Source: Tubiluchus corallicola (taxonomy: Eukaryota > Animalia > Priapulida). Taken from it: DNA of 64,000 nucleotides. The stretch spans positions 186,001 through 250,000 of the forward strand of contig JAQGDQ010000092.1 of the NCBI GenBank assembly GCA_030141605.1, given 5' to 3'. The notes under the pieces are model-generated. The model was given only the letters and a program-made list of their open reading frames with translations, ran no database searches and was not told where the DNA came from. The translations under genes and the position numbers were made by a program. Of the stretch, positions 38,790-50,036 are shown piece after piece. Positions within the stretch are counted from its first letter, which is position 1. Every line of letters begins with the position of its first letter.

Positions 38790-39400
38790 AGTTGTTTTTT
38801 GACAATAGATGCAACATCACCATCTCTGACAGGTCGATCAGGTCAATCACTTTCCATACCTGGAAAGCCTGCTTTCCAAAAACTCAGTTTGGAGCATCAA
38901 ATAGAAGCAGCAAATTTGATATTTGCGAAACGTTATGAAACGAATCTTTAACAGCAAAGATCTAAATGAATCTCATGGTTTACAAGCTGTCATCTTGCCA
39001 ACCTTGCTCTATATTACTACGAAACTTTCGATTTATCGTAGAATTAGGCAGCTTGATCTTTTCCCATCAGCATTTTCCGCATTCCTGAACATCGAATGCG
39101 ACTAACACACTAATAACATCGATGCTTTGAAAGGGTAAACAGCCAAAGCATCGAGTTCACTATCATGAAACATTGTGTTTTCTGTTCACGAGATGTCATA
39201 ATAATGCAGGAGATCAGGTTTCCTCATGAAACTCTCCATTGAACTCACAACTGGCAAAAGACCACATCGACAGTTAAATCGAAAACTAAACCTAGCAGCT
39301 TTTCAACTGGCATCGGGCCATCCATAACAGGTCAAGATCGATGTTTGACAAACTCAACTGCGCCGCCAAAAAGTCTCTAATGCCGTCTGGGCCAATGCAT
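38790..39400 (+). mobile_element. Decayed RTE-clade LINE, RT C-terminal fragment
   Basis: ORF 38923-39105: KRIFNSKDL...QAVILPTLLY...IYRR, matching the RTE-type RV(W/F)...VY.AVVLPTLLYG.E.W pattern. Confidence 0.7.
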
Positions 39401-39779
39401 GTTTCATGCTAGAATGTTACTTTATCTATTGTAGCAGAATCTCCAGAAAAATTACAATGTTTGTGGATATTGCTGAAAACTAATGCTTACCAGTGGCAAT
39501 GAAGGAAAAACACTGTAAATTTTAGAAACAAGTCTGAAGCTGTAACAAATTTTCATTTTAAATAAGGTAATAAAATTCTCATGGTTGTCCGAGTAAAAAA
39601 ATTAATGTGTGGGAGTACTTCTAGATGAATTTCTGACCATCGAATCGGTTGTAACCACGATGTCTGACTCTGGTGGGCGCGCACTGAGTGCAGTCATTTC
39701 ATAACTGTGTAGTGTGTACTTACAAAGGCGTCTTCTTCAGTACTTAGGCTAACCTTTTTGACGCATGTGTTTCACAAGC

Positions 39780-40860
39780 TTAATCTTTGGTTCTGGCGAA
39801 TGTGGCTTCAAAGAAATTGACAAAATCAACGCATTTCAGAACAGTACTCTTAGGTCTTTCACGGGCCTTCATAGATACACACCTAATCCAGCGGTAAACA
39901 TGTAATCTTTGTAGGCACCAAGCCATGTGTACAAGAAAATTGAAATGTTACGTTTTTGGCACAGATTTGTTTTATGCATTTAGACAGATTGACCAAGAAA
40001 ATATTGTAGGATCGAAATCGATTTGTTAATTCCGGTGTTACGAACTGTAGTTATGAAAAGAAATAGAGGAGATTTTTGCTGAATGTAGTCTTACAATGAT
40101 TCGTACTATACACGATACATCTAATTTGCAAACTGTAATTAGCATTCCTTATTGCAAAAACAAAATGTTACTAAAATACAAGGTAGGTTGGCTATGCGTA
40201 GTAGAAAATAAACCAAATTAAGAAGATTTAAATCAGTATTTTTGCACAGGGTAATTTATGAATATATTCATGACAAGAGCTCAGCGATCGTTGTTGTCAC
40301 AGCTTAGGCATGGTGTTTTATCTTTGCGCATAGAAACTGGCATGTTTCAACAAATTGTCTTAAACGATAGAATTTGTACTTTTTATAATATGAGTGTTGT
40401 AGAATGTGGAGAATGTTTTTAATAGAACGTCTTCTTTATAATGATTGATCTGTACGTTAAATGTTGTATTATAAAAAGAACATTTTCGCAGTTTGACAAT
40501 TAACAGAAAATAAAATAATAAGAGAAGAAGCAAAATTTTGTACAAAAAAAGTTATGAGAAAAGACAGAAATAATTATCTAAGTAATCGTCGTCTTCTTAA
40601 GTTCTAGATAATCGGATAGAACTTATGGCATTCGTGGTTTGATTTTAACACTGTATACATTAAAAATTAATTTTGTATATATTCACTAACGACAGCCACA
40701 TAGTATCACGCCAACCAATTTTCTTTATAATAGTAATATACGTGTAGTTATTCTGATCGTGACTTGCAAGACTAAATGGCTGGGCTTTCAAATATTTTGT
40801 TATCACAATAAGTTCTTACTGGTGTAAATGAAAACGTCACTATAATAAACAATTTCTATT
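39780..40860 (+). mobile_element. Decayed LINE 3' portion with C-terminal zinc-knuckle-like region
   Basis: Frame from 40270: RAQRSLLSQLRHGVLSLRIETGMFQQIVLNDRICTF...VE, the L.IETGR...R.C..C..VE.E.HF motif of many invertebrate LINE ORF2s. Followed by a (CTA)n tail. Confidence 0.65.
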
Positions 40861-40928
40861 ACTGCTACTGCAATTGCTACTGCTACTGCTACAGCTACTG
40901 CTGCTGCTACTGCTACTACTACTACTAT

Positions 40929-40962
<34 letters not shown>
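40857..40962. repeat. (CTA/CTG)n microsatellite
   Basis: Directly visible. Confidence 0.95.
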
Positions 40963-40963
<1 letters not shown>

Positions 40964-41079
40964 TACATATTTATATCAATTTGATCAATTATGTTTTTAA
41001 TACTCAAATTTTATTCCAAAGGAAAGCTCTATGGCGTATTAATGTAATTTGCTTCTGCAAACAGAAAAAAACTACTTAC

Positions 41080-41258
41080 TAATTTCATTTCTAGGTAGTC
41101 ATCCGTGGTGATGCTGTCAACACGTACAAGTATAGAATTTGTTTGACTCGTCTTTATTCCCAAGGCAAGACGATCAGATGTTGTATCAGGCTGACTTCCT
41201 GGTGCGTAGGTGTAGATAATCAAACCAGGCTGAGGTCCAAACTTATAAGGAGTGGCAT
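41080..41258 (-). CDS. NRXN1: Neurexin LNS6 N-terminal exon
   Basis: ttgctag|AT GCC...TTA|gtaagt. Encodes ATPYKFG...PDTTSDRLALG...ILVRVDS...DYLEM. Confidence 0.92.
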
Positions 41259-41449
41259 CTAGCAACAAAAACAAAGAAGTGTAGTAATGTTGGTTGTTCA
41301 TTTCTTGATTTCTTAAAAGTTTGTATATCCACTTCGCCATTACATTCACTTAATTCTAATGATGATTATAAATAACTAAATTATGTCATTTCTTCTTTAC
41401 ATCACGCTTCTCCTGATTAAGAAACCGAAAAGGCGAATTACAAGTATAC

Positions 41450-41569
41450 CTTCCCCGCAGAATCGCCCAGTGTATGAAGTCATATCGCAGTTACACGTGA
41501 AATTAATCCATTGTTGAACACATTCACCACCATTTTTGCATGAATCTTCTTGACACTCTTGTTGTGGTC
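41450..41569 (-). CDS. NRXN1: Neurexin EGF3 exon (not in the ORF track)
   Basis: gaaaag|GA CCA...GAA G|gtatac. Encodes [40 protein letters not shown]. Confidence 0.93.
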
Positions 41570-41731
41570 CTTTTCAAAAGATTGCAGATGCATTAAACTT
41601 ACATTGTAAGATTACAATTGTAGTTAGTAGAGGCTATGTCTAGTTGTCTTCGAAAATAGAAGCCTACCAGTTCAAAAATGAATGTAAATAATAGTAAAAG
41701 CTTAAAATACCTTTTACTGAAATTCTGTTAA

Positions 41732-42410
41732 AGGACAAGAAAGGGGGTACCTGAAGTAGGTTTCAGAAAAATCGCCTTAAAAATTTACATTGCTTTATAG
41801 CAATTTTATGGGTATATCATACACGCATTGAAAGAATTTTTTGTTTCTTCCCATTTTAAATTTCCCTTAAAACTGTTCCGACCTCGCCATTACATGACGT
41901 CATATACACACAACGTGAAACAGGGAAAGAAAAGGAAATGTTAAACTACGTCCCAAAAAACTTTCCATGCAAACTTTCTTAGCATTTTGCTTACCTGCTT
42001 GAAAGACTTATGTAACTAGAAAAGAAAATTATTAATTATTTAAAATATTTTAACCAATTGGTAAAATGTCGTTGACTCACCTCCAGGGTGCACCACTCAC
42101 TAACCAAAAAACGTATTTTAAATCTTATGGACAAGATACAATAATTTAAAATTTTGCTTAATTAGCGACGTGTGGGCTGCGAATGCTCTGATTATTTTTT
42201 CAAACTTTACTCAGCGTGATCTAAACTTGTTTCAAATGACTTATCGTCAAAATGCTGCATCTAACAGTCATCTAACGGAGATTTTTTTACATGTTTTATA
42301 CAGCGTTACTGCCAACGCAAGCCTTGTATGCAAAAAGGCAGTATGTAAGTGGTAAAAAATTTCAAGACAATATTTTCAAGCTTTATTCAAGTGGAGGGTT
42401 TTCTTCTGCT
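41732..42410 (-). mobile_element. Non-autonomous Kolobok-like DNA transposon, copy 2 (679 bp), in a neurexin intron
   Basis: TTAA|aggacaagaaa...ttttcttctgct|TTAA. Shares blocks with copy 1, e.g. gggtgagtca, tttctagttacataagtcttt, tttgcatggaaa, aaaaccctccactt. Confidence 0.8.
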
Positions 42411-43139
42411 TTAAGTTAAGCAGGAGTCAGTAATAAAATTACACGTATTCTTTAAAATGCGTGTGGAAATCACTGGATGCACAATCTCAGTTTAATCTAG
42501 TTGCTCTATGAATTTACAAAAAAATCGAGGACTGTTTGTAAATAACGTCACAACCGCTTGTTGAATTTTGTCAATATTAATAGGTACTATTAAACGAAAT
42601 CTCAAACTGACATTAGGAAAAAAACAAACGAACAACATGCCATAAAATATCATCGGTTTCAGGAATTTCAAAAGAAGTGACCAGCACCAAGACAATGTAA
42701 GTTACTAGGACTACTTTTCTGACAGGCCATTTGCATGTTTATATCAGCTGGTAATACATTTATGCCATCTTAAATGCCATCAAGTTGAGTTATTTATACT
42801 TTAAAGTAGCATTGGTGGCAATTTTGAATTTAAAGCCCCAAAACTTTTTCCCCAAAGTGGATTTATGGAAATTTTTAATATGTTATTCTGGATGATTTCT
42901 GGTATCTGTACAAAAGTTCAACCATACACTATTTTTATTTGGGTCATACAGGTCTAATAGGGAAAAAACTGAATTAGCAAAAGACAAAAAACCAGTCAAA
43001 GTATGACTAATAAATGACAATTTAGTCGGAAATGAGGGTGCAGCCCTGAGGACCTGGCTCTTTAATAATTAGAGTCAAATACTATTTTTCTAATATTACC
43101 ACCATCTTTGTAGAAAATTTGTTGAATTGGCCAGCTTAC

Positions 43140-43898
43140 CAACACATCCAGATGTAACTAATGTGCTGCCATCTAACGAATCAGTTAACAAATTAGGAGT
43201 CATCCCATTCATTTCTAGTGACGCAAAGCAACCTTGATATCCCACTTTCGATAGCACAACTTTTGGCAACTTTTTGTACATTGTCTGGGGCACACCACCC
43301 ACATAAAAATACCCATCAAGATTAAGATGATGAGCTGGTCCTGAGCTTGTTGTCTTAGCAACTGTGTCATCCACTACTAAAACATGTTCGTTAACACTGA
43401 GACGTGTGATTGTCACATCATGCCATTTATGGTCGTTGAGTGGCAGCACCGTCATTGACCTGATGACTCGAGGGCCATCACCCATGTCAAAGATGAAATG
43501 AATGTGACCTTTCACAAGTTCAACAGTAATAAAATCTTGGTCTTTGCCGCCACTATACAAAATCAACCCATCACCTGCTAATGTTTTAATTTGAAAATAT
43601 AAATTAAGTTCTTCGAAAGCATTGAGTTGTTTAAGAGACACGTGTGTGGTGGAAGCATGGAAGGTAACTGGTCGTTGAATCAGTTGCTCTCTTTTTCCAA
43701 AATGCGCATTCACTTCGATGTTTATGTGGTTATTGCTCAGTGCCATCTCAAAGTATAACTGACCATTGAATACAAAGTTACACATGTGACCCACGAAACC
43801 TGGAGGAATCTGGTCCATTCCAGTACTCCTCTGGGATCTGATGGAACCTACTTCAATAGCTGTGTACTCCAGAATGTAGGCAACTCCATCAAGCCTTC
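43140..43898 (-). CDS. NRXN1: Neurexin exon: end of LNS4 and LNS5
   Basis: tcttag|GA AGG...GTT G|gtaagc, 759 nt. Encodes FVGHMCNFVFNG, LYFQIKT...DFITVELVKG...LNDHKWH...GYQGCFASL. Confidence 0.94.
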
Positions 43899-44169
43899 CT
43901 AAGAAAAATAAAATCTTTCAAATTCTTTCGTAGTACAGAAACTCTCGAAATTTACAGGCATGCCATAATTTTTGCTTTTAGGCCTATGTGAACAAAAAAA
44001 CTACAAATTTTTAATTTACTATGACTTTGTGCTTTTAATTTTCAAATGTTTATTTCTCATTACTGTAAAATTTGTAAACACATATAAAGTAAACAATACA
44101 TGCTTTTTACCTTTCTAATTATACTGCTTATATGCTACCACAAGCAGAGAAACAAAAGCACTATAGTAC

Positions 44170-44278
44170 CTTTTGAAGGTGTTTCTTGGTCAATTTTTAG
44201 TTCAAGTCTATGTCCTCTACGACGTACTTTGACTGTGTGCCATTGATTATCATTCAGTCCCTGCCCTCCAACTAGGAC
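44170..44278 (-). CDS. NRXN1: Neurexin LNS4 exon (not in the ORF track)
   Basis: ttacag|GTC...AAA G|gtacta. Encodes VLVGGQGLNDNQWHTVKVRRRGHRLELKID. Confidence 0.92.
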
Positions 44279-44996
44279 CTGTAATAGATTTTATAGTAAA
44301 CAAGGTAATTACTTGAATTAATTTTATTTTGAAAATTGTCGACAATTACTATACAAAAAAACGTCTCAGTTAAAACAGTGAGTGTGAAAGCAACTAAATA
44401 CTTGTACATTGTAAAGTAAGTGTCACTGGTCCAAAAAGCATAGAATAAGTACATAGATGTGTCCATATGCGCTTTTTTCCATTATTCAGAGGAGCTTTCA
44501 AAGAACCGGAAAATTGGAACTTAAATTTCGCTATATAGCAGCATTTAAACAAAGCGAGAAAGCATTCGCATTCAACATTATATATAGGACGATAAGCTGA
44601 TTTGATTTTTTTGTACTTGGAAAAAATTGTTAATGAGTAATATTCTTAGAACTTAGTTCTACTATCTGTGTACTCACTTTTAGAAGTCATCTGAGGATAT
44701 TGGAATATAATAAAGTTGCATAAAATATTTTTCATAGCTCTTTACTACATGTATCATATTCATACTGTCCAACTTGAGAGCTCACAATGCTTATAAATTA
44801 ATTTTGTCTAGTGATCAAATGCATTTTCAGTATAATTAAAAAGAACATGTATTGTAGTTCTATAACAGACGGGATTACAATTTACAGGATAATTTTGACA
44901 GATGGAGAATCGATTACATTTCTGCATGGGGCAAGACTGGAAAGAAATCCCACTTCAAAGAGTGGAAATTACGACTGTTAGAACAAAACATCCTAC

Positions 44997-45223
44997 CTGT
45001 CTGCTGTGCTTAGTTTGTATTGTCAGCTTCACATGAGCTTGCTCTAACTGCAGCATCCAAGCAACACTCTTATCTTCTTGAAGAGGAGCGGTAAGGGCAG
45101 CGAGTATTCCATTTGGCCTGTTGGTTCGAAACCGCAGGGAGAGGTCTTCCACTTCAGAGTGAGTCACCCATAGTTGATTTATTTTCACGTGTTGCTGTCC
45201 ATCAAAGCTGAGTAATGCAGAAG
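44997..45223 (-). CDS. NRXN1: Neurexin LNS4 N-terminal exon
   Basis: ttttcag|CT TCT...CAG|gtagga. Encodes ALLSFDGQQH...HSEVEDLSLRFRTNRPNGIL. Confidence 0.92.
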
Positions 45224-45840
45224 CTGAAAAAATATTAAAATGTTGGACGTGACTACAAAAAACTCTGGGAAGAAAATTTTTTTAGCTAGAACGAAAGAAA
45301 CCAAGAAAATAAAGACTCAGACACAACGAATGAAAAAGAACGTGAAGGCAAAAGAAAAGGAAACAAGAAGAAAAGAAAGTTATTTTCAGACTAACTTAAA
45401 TAAATGAGACAAAATCACAAACAAAATCCATGTAAAGTATACAGTATTTTTACACACCGATGCATGGCAAAAATGAGGATATAGCTGTAATTGCATATAA
45501 ATGAATATGATACAGGCAGTTACAAAAGGCTCTTACTCTATTCAATAGAGATGATTTTAATGAAATATACAATTCTACCAGACAATTCTAATGAACAGAA
45601 AAAATAGACTAGAGTTTTAGCAATATCACTCAACAGATGTAACTACACTATGCGTAATGTACTGTTAGTGCACCGTTTACACGTTACCGTCGCTATCTGC
45701 CAAAAATTGCAGTGCTGAATTAACCCAAGTTAGAGAACCTTTAACACAAAATGTGCTGAAATGGAACAGTCGATTATTAGGAAATAAAGCTGTAACTTGA
45801 GTACGGTATAAAGCTAGTGCAATAAAAGAACACCTAATGC

Positions 45841-46974
45841 TATCTCACGTTTAGCACAAGAATCTCCCAGTATCACATAACAGCTAACTTTAATTCACAC
45901 TTTTGGCACGCCGATCCCCAATAGCATATAGCGCTAGTTCTATCTCGCAGTTTTTGGCATACTGACCCCCAATATCCCATAGCAGCTACTGCTAACTAAC
46001 AATTTTGGAACGATACCTCCCAGATTCCCACGGCGGCTAATGTTTACTCACACTGATTCCCAGCTCCCCACAGCAGCTAATGTTAACTACTGATTCCCAA
46101 CTCCCCACAGCAGCTAACGTTAACTCGCACTGATTTCCAGTTTCCCACAGCAGCTAATGTTAACTCACACTGATTCCCAGTTTCCCACAGCAGCTAATGT
46201 TAATTCGCACTGATTTCCAGTTTCTCACAGCAGCTAATGTTAACTAACACTAATTCTCAGTTTCCCACAGCAGCTAATGTTAACTTACACTGATTCCCAG
46301 TTTCCCACAGCAGCTAATGTTAACTAACACTAATTCTCAGTTTCCCACAGCAGCTAATGTTAACTTACACTGATTCCCAGTTTCCCACAGCAGCTAATGT
46401 TAACTAACACTAATTCTCAGTTTCCCACAGCAGCTAATGTTAACTTACACTGATTCCCAGTTTCCCACAGCAGCTAACGTTAACTCGCACTGATTTCCAG
46501 TTTCCCACTGCAGCCAACGTTAACTCACACTGATTCCCAGTTTCCCACAGCGACTAATGTTAACTAACACTAATTCTCAGTTTCCCACAGCAGCTAATAT
46601 TAACTCACACTGATTCCCAGTTTCCCACTGCGGTTAATGTTAACTCACACTGATTCCCAGTTTCCCACAGCAGCTAATGTTAACTCACACTGATTCCCAG
46701 TTTCCCACTGCGGTTAATGTTATTTCACACTGATTCCCAGTTTCCCACTGCGGTTAATGTTATTTCATACTGATTCCCAGTTTCCCACAGCGGTTAATGT
46801 TAACTCATATTGATTCCCAGTTTCCCACAGCGGTTAATGTTAACTCACACTGATTCCCTGTTTCCCACAGCAGCTAATGTTAAGTTCTGACACGGATTTC
46901 CTGTTTCCCACAGCAGTTAATGTTAAGTTCTCACACGGATTTCCTGTTTCCTACAACAGTTAATACTAACTCAC
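45841..46974. repeat. Minisatellite: ~4 degenerate 51-bp units, ~21 units of 40 bp, 2 units of 43 bp; abuts the EGF2 exon donor
   Basis: 40-mer consensus tgattcccagtttcccacagcagctaatgttaactcacac, with period 40 from 46091 to 46851. The ttttggca-like motif recurs at 45850, 45901, 45952, 46003 (period 51). Confidence 0.97.
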
Positions 46975-47284
46975 AGTTTTGGCACACTGATCCCCAGTAA
47001 CCCGTAGCAGTGCAATCACAGATATAACGGTTCCATCCATCCTCGCATTCTCCTCCATGACCGCATGGCTTCCTATCACATTGTCCTGGTAGTCGCCGAC
47101 AATATGCTCGGATGTTCGGGTTTTGTTGCTCTCTTGATATGGATGCAAGATCGACAGGTATTCCGTCCATGGAGAAATCCTTCATACAGCCAACGTACCC
47201 TAATCTCAGCGTTGCAGTCCACAACTGAACAGGCATCGCAGATTGATGAGACGTCCAATTAAGACCGCCAACATAAAGTGGCTC
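46975..47284 (-). CDS. NRXN1: Neurexin exon: end of LNS3 and EGF2
   Basis: tgacag|GAG CCA...AAC T|gtgagt. Encodes PLYVGG...LWTATLRLGYVGCMKD...CDRKPCGHGGECEDGWNRYICDCTATGYWGSVC. Confidence 0.94.
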
Positions 47285-47827
47285 CTGTCAAAAGAAATTA
47301 TAATTAGTTTACTTTAACCATCAAGCCAGCTTAAGTTGAAAAATGTGCTGACACTGAGAAAAAGTGTTAATTATTAAAAATGGCATTTATCACTTTACCA
47401 TAAATTAAAGATTAATGGCGAAACTTGAAGTTCACATTGTAGAATAAAGGCGACCATTAATGCGGCAGCTGATAAAAGCAAGTCGTATCTGCTGTGAATA
47501 GAAGCGACCATCTCAGCAAATTAACTGAAAATTGTTTGTCAGTAAGATGATGGCAAATTAAAGCAGCAGAGACTTGAATTTTATAAATAAAATCCATAGA
47601 CACAGTTACATAGCCTACTGCCGGTTTTCATACCAAGACGGCTAAGAATAATCATCTTTTTGAATCAGTCGTATCAGTATCGTATCAGTAGGCATATCGT
47701 ATCAGTCGTATCAAAGACTTCTTATTACAGTTGTTTTATTAAATGATATTTTTATAGACTTCATCATATTTGCAAGCAAGGATAAAATGGTGCATTTTAT
47801 GAACAGCTTGATTTAAACAGTTTTTAC

Positions 47828-47954
47828 CAACAAGTCTAACTGTGCTGCATTTCCTGGTGTGGTAAAATCAGCGGCTGTTCCATCTACTGCCACTCTTCCC
47901 CATTTGCCATCTCTTTCCAGGGATATGCTGTGCCAAGAACTGTCATCTACACGC
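47828..47954 (-). CDS. NRXN1: Neurexin LNS3 exon (not in the ORF track)
   Basis: tcacag|G CGT...TTG|gtaaaa. Encodes RVDDSSWHSISLERDGKWGRVAVDGTAADFTTPGNAAQLDL. Confidence 0.92.
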
Positions 47955-48164
47955 CTGTGAAAAGTAATTCAAAGCTATAAAAGGAAAAAAAACGATCAAA
48001 ATTGTAATAATAATTGATTTTAGCATCAGGATAAATAAATAGAAATCGTTTGGCACACTCAAGCGGGGATTTCTGTTTAAAGATGCGCAACAAGCCTGAA
48101 ATGTTCCTGTAGAGAGTTAAAACTTGGAAAAACGCGCGACGTGGAAAAAACTTTATTTTTTTAC

Positions 48165-48523
48165 CTATATGATGCCTTGACCTTGATAACACCCGAGCCT
48201 AGATTCATTACAAGATACACATGTCCTTCTAATAGCTCAAACGCAACGAAATCTACTGGCACATCTCCTGCAGTTGGTCCACATACATACATCAGCAACG
48301 CATCAGGTTCGCTTGTTCGAATTGCAAACGTTATTTTCCCGGCATCCACCGCTTTCCATTTTTGCAATCGAATATGGGATTCCGGATCTGTGAAAGTTAC
48401 TGGAAACTTCACATTGGGGTCGCTACACTGGAACCGCAGAGGACCGCTGGTGGATATCAAATGGTTCTCTTTATAAGCTAAATCTGTTAGGTCCATTTTT
48501 AAACCGTCTGCTTCGAAAACCAC
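48165..48523 (-). CDS. NRXN1: Neurexin exon: end of LNS2 and start of LNS3
   Basis: atttag|GTG...AG|gtaaaa. Encodes PVTFTDPES...FAIRTSEPDALLMY...DFVAFELLEGHVYLVMNLGSG. Confidence 0.93.
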
Positions 48524-48779
48524 CTAAATAACAGGCATTTTGAACAAAGATGTGTTCTGTTAATAACATCTGGAAATCTTAACACCAGCAGTTTAGAAGT
48601 ATTTTGTTCAGCAAAAAAGTTAACCATTTGATGTTTCCATAATGCACGTCTCGTCATAATTAGTTTTTTACTTTTTAATTCAACCAAAGGCCTGTTTCAC
48701 ACTCGTTAATACATGCGGCCATCTTGAATTTCAGTCGCCATTTTAAACATTATCGGGGCAACATATCTTCTGAATCATC

Positions 48780-49261
48780 TATAGGTTTTACACGTCAAAT
48801 GTAGACACAGGAAAGTGCAAATGTGACTTAGGTAAGTCAAATGTAGACATAGGAATTTCGAATGTGTTTTGGTAACTCAAATATGACTTAGGTAAGTCAA
48901 ATGTAAGTGCATTACTTTTTGAATAAGTCGGTAATTAAGTTATTTAAGTGCAAATTAGAAAAAGATAAACCAAAGATAGTGCATATATTAGTAGGCCTAT
49001 AAAGTTGTTATTTTAACTTAGGAGCAATTATTAAATTGAAATTAAAGAAGATTAAATTTAACATCCTTAAATTTTAACACCTATCCACATTTGAGATACC
49101 AATGTCACATTTGACTTACCAAAACGCTTAAGATTTGTTGAAAACTATTGTTAACACATTTGAACTACCTAAGTCTACATTTGAGTTACCAAGACACATT
49201 TGAATTACCTAAATCTACATTTGAGTTAACGTAGGTCTACATTTGACAAGTAAAACCTATA
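48780..49261. mobile_element. MITE/foldback-like element with TIRs built from ~20-bp subrepeats
   Basis: tataggttttac.cgtcaaatgtagac... and ...gtctacatttgacaagtaaaacctata. Repeats of tcaaatgt(a)gacttaggtaa occur in both arms in inverted orientation. Confidence 0.8.
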
Positions 49262-49877
49262 GAAAGTAGCAGGATTTTCTTCTAAATCTTTCAGTGTACA
49301 TAGCCTATGTACGTGCTAAATTTCACACCAATTTCTAGCTTGGAAGTGTTTAGAATAAGTTATCCGCTTTACTCAATTATTCTAGAACACGTTAGAGGTT
49401 TTATAAGCAGATTATTCCAACTTCGCTCAAGCGGATTATTCAAACTGAGAGTCTTACAACAAAAACAATCAAAGTGACAGAAAACGAAGGTTGAACATAA
49501 ATGGCTGACAATGAAATCAGATATAAATGGAAATAGCTTCTCTTGTATTATGAGCTGCTGGTTCCGTCGTGTATGTGTAGTAGACCACGTGACCAGTAGT
49601 ATATTAGAAATGACCCGTGTTACTATTAATGACCAATAATACACACGTTTTCCCAAGACGTGTGGCCTTCGTGGAGCAACACCATCAAAATCAAGCAGGT
49701 AATCATGCAGTCACCAAGGTAATTAAATCTTTGCTAGTTTGAATAGTCCGTCGGAGCAAAATATTTAACAGTTTGATTAAGTGACGTATCTGTGTAGACC
49801 GTCTCAACATGAAGAAGTATAATAGAAAATTGGGATTGTACAATAAACTGATTTTGATTTCGTTAGTTTTGCCGTAC

Positions 49878-50036
49878 TTGCTTTATGCAACCGACGAAGC
49901 TGTTCTTGATGTGGGATCCAGGAACCAAATCCATATTGCTAGCGCCTCCTATGTAAAGAACAGTACTAGTTAAGGTGGAAAACTCCCCCGCAGTTGCACC
50001 CCTTTCTTCGTACTTGTCATCTACTGTTAGCATTAT
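49878..50036 (-). CDS. NRXN1: Neurexin LNS2 exon (not in the ORF track)
   Basis: ttcctag|ATA...CAA|gtacgg. Encodes IMLTVDDKYEERGATAGEFSTLTSTVLYIGG...PGSHIKNSFVGCIKQ. Confidence 0.92.

Noticed and set aside
44678-44690. 13-nt candidate SS3 microexon (cctcag|...|gtgagt)
   Set aside because: Frameshifting; may be chance splice-like motifs.
45841-46974. Array could be mistaken for a CRISPR locus
   Set aside because: Head-to-tail tandem units with no unique spacers, no cas genes, and a eukaryotic intron context.
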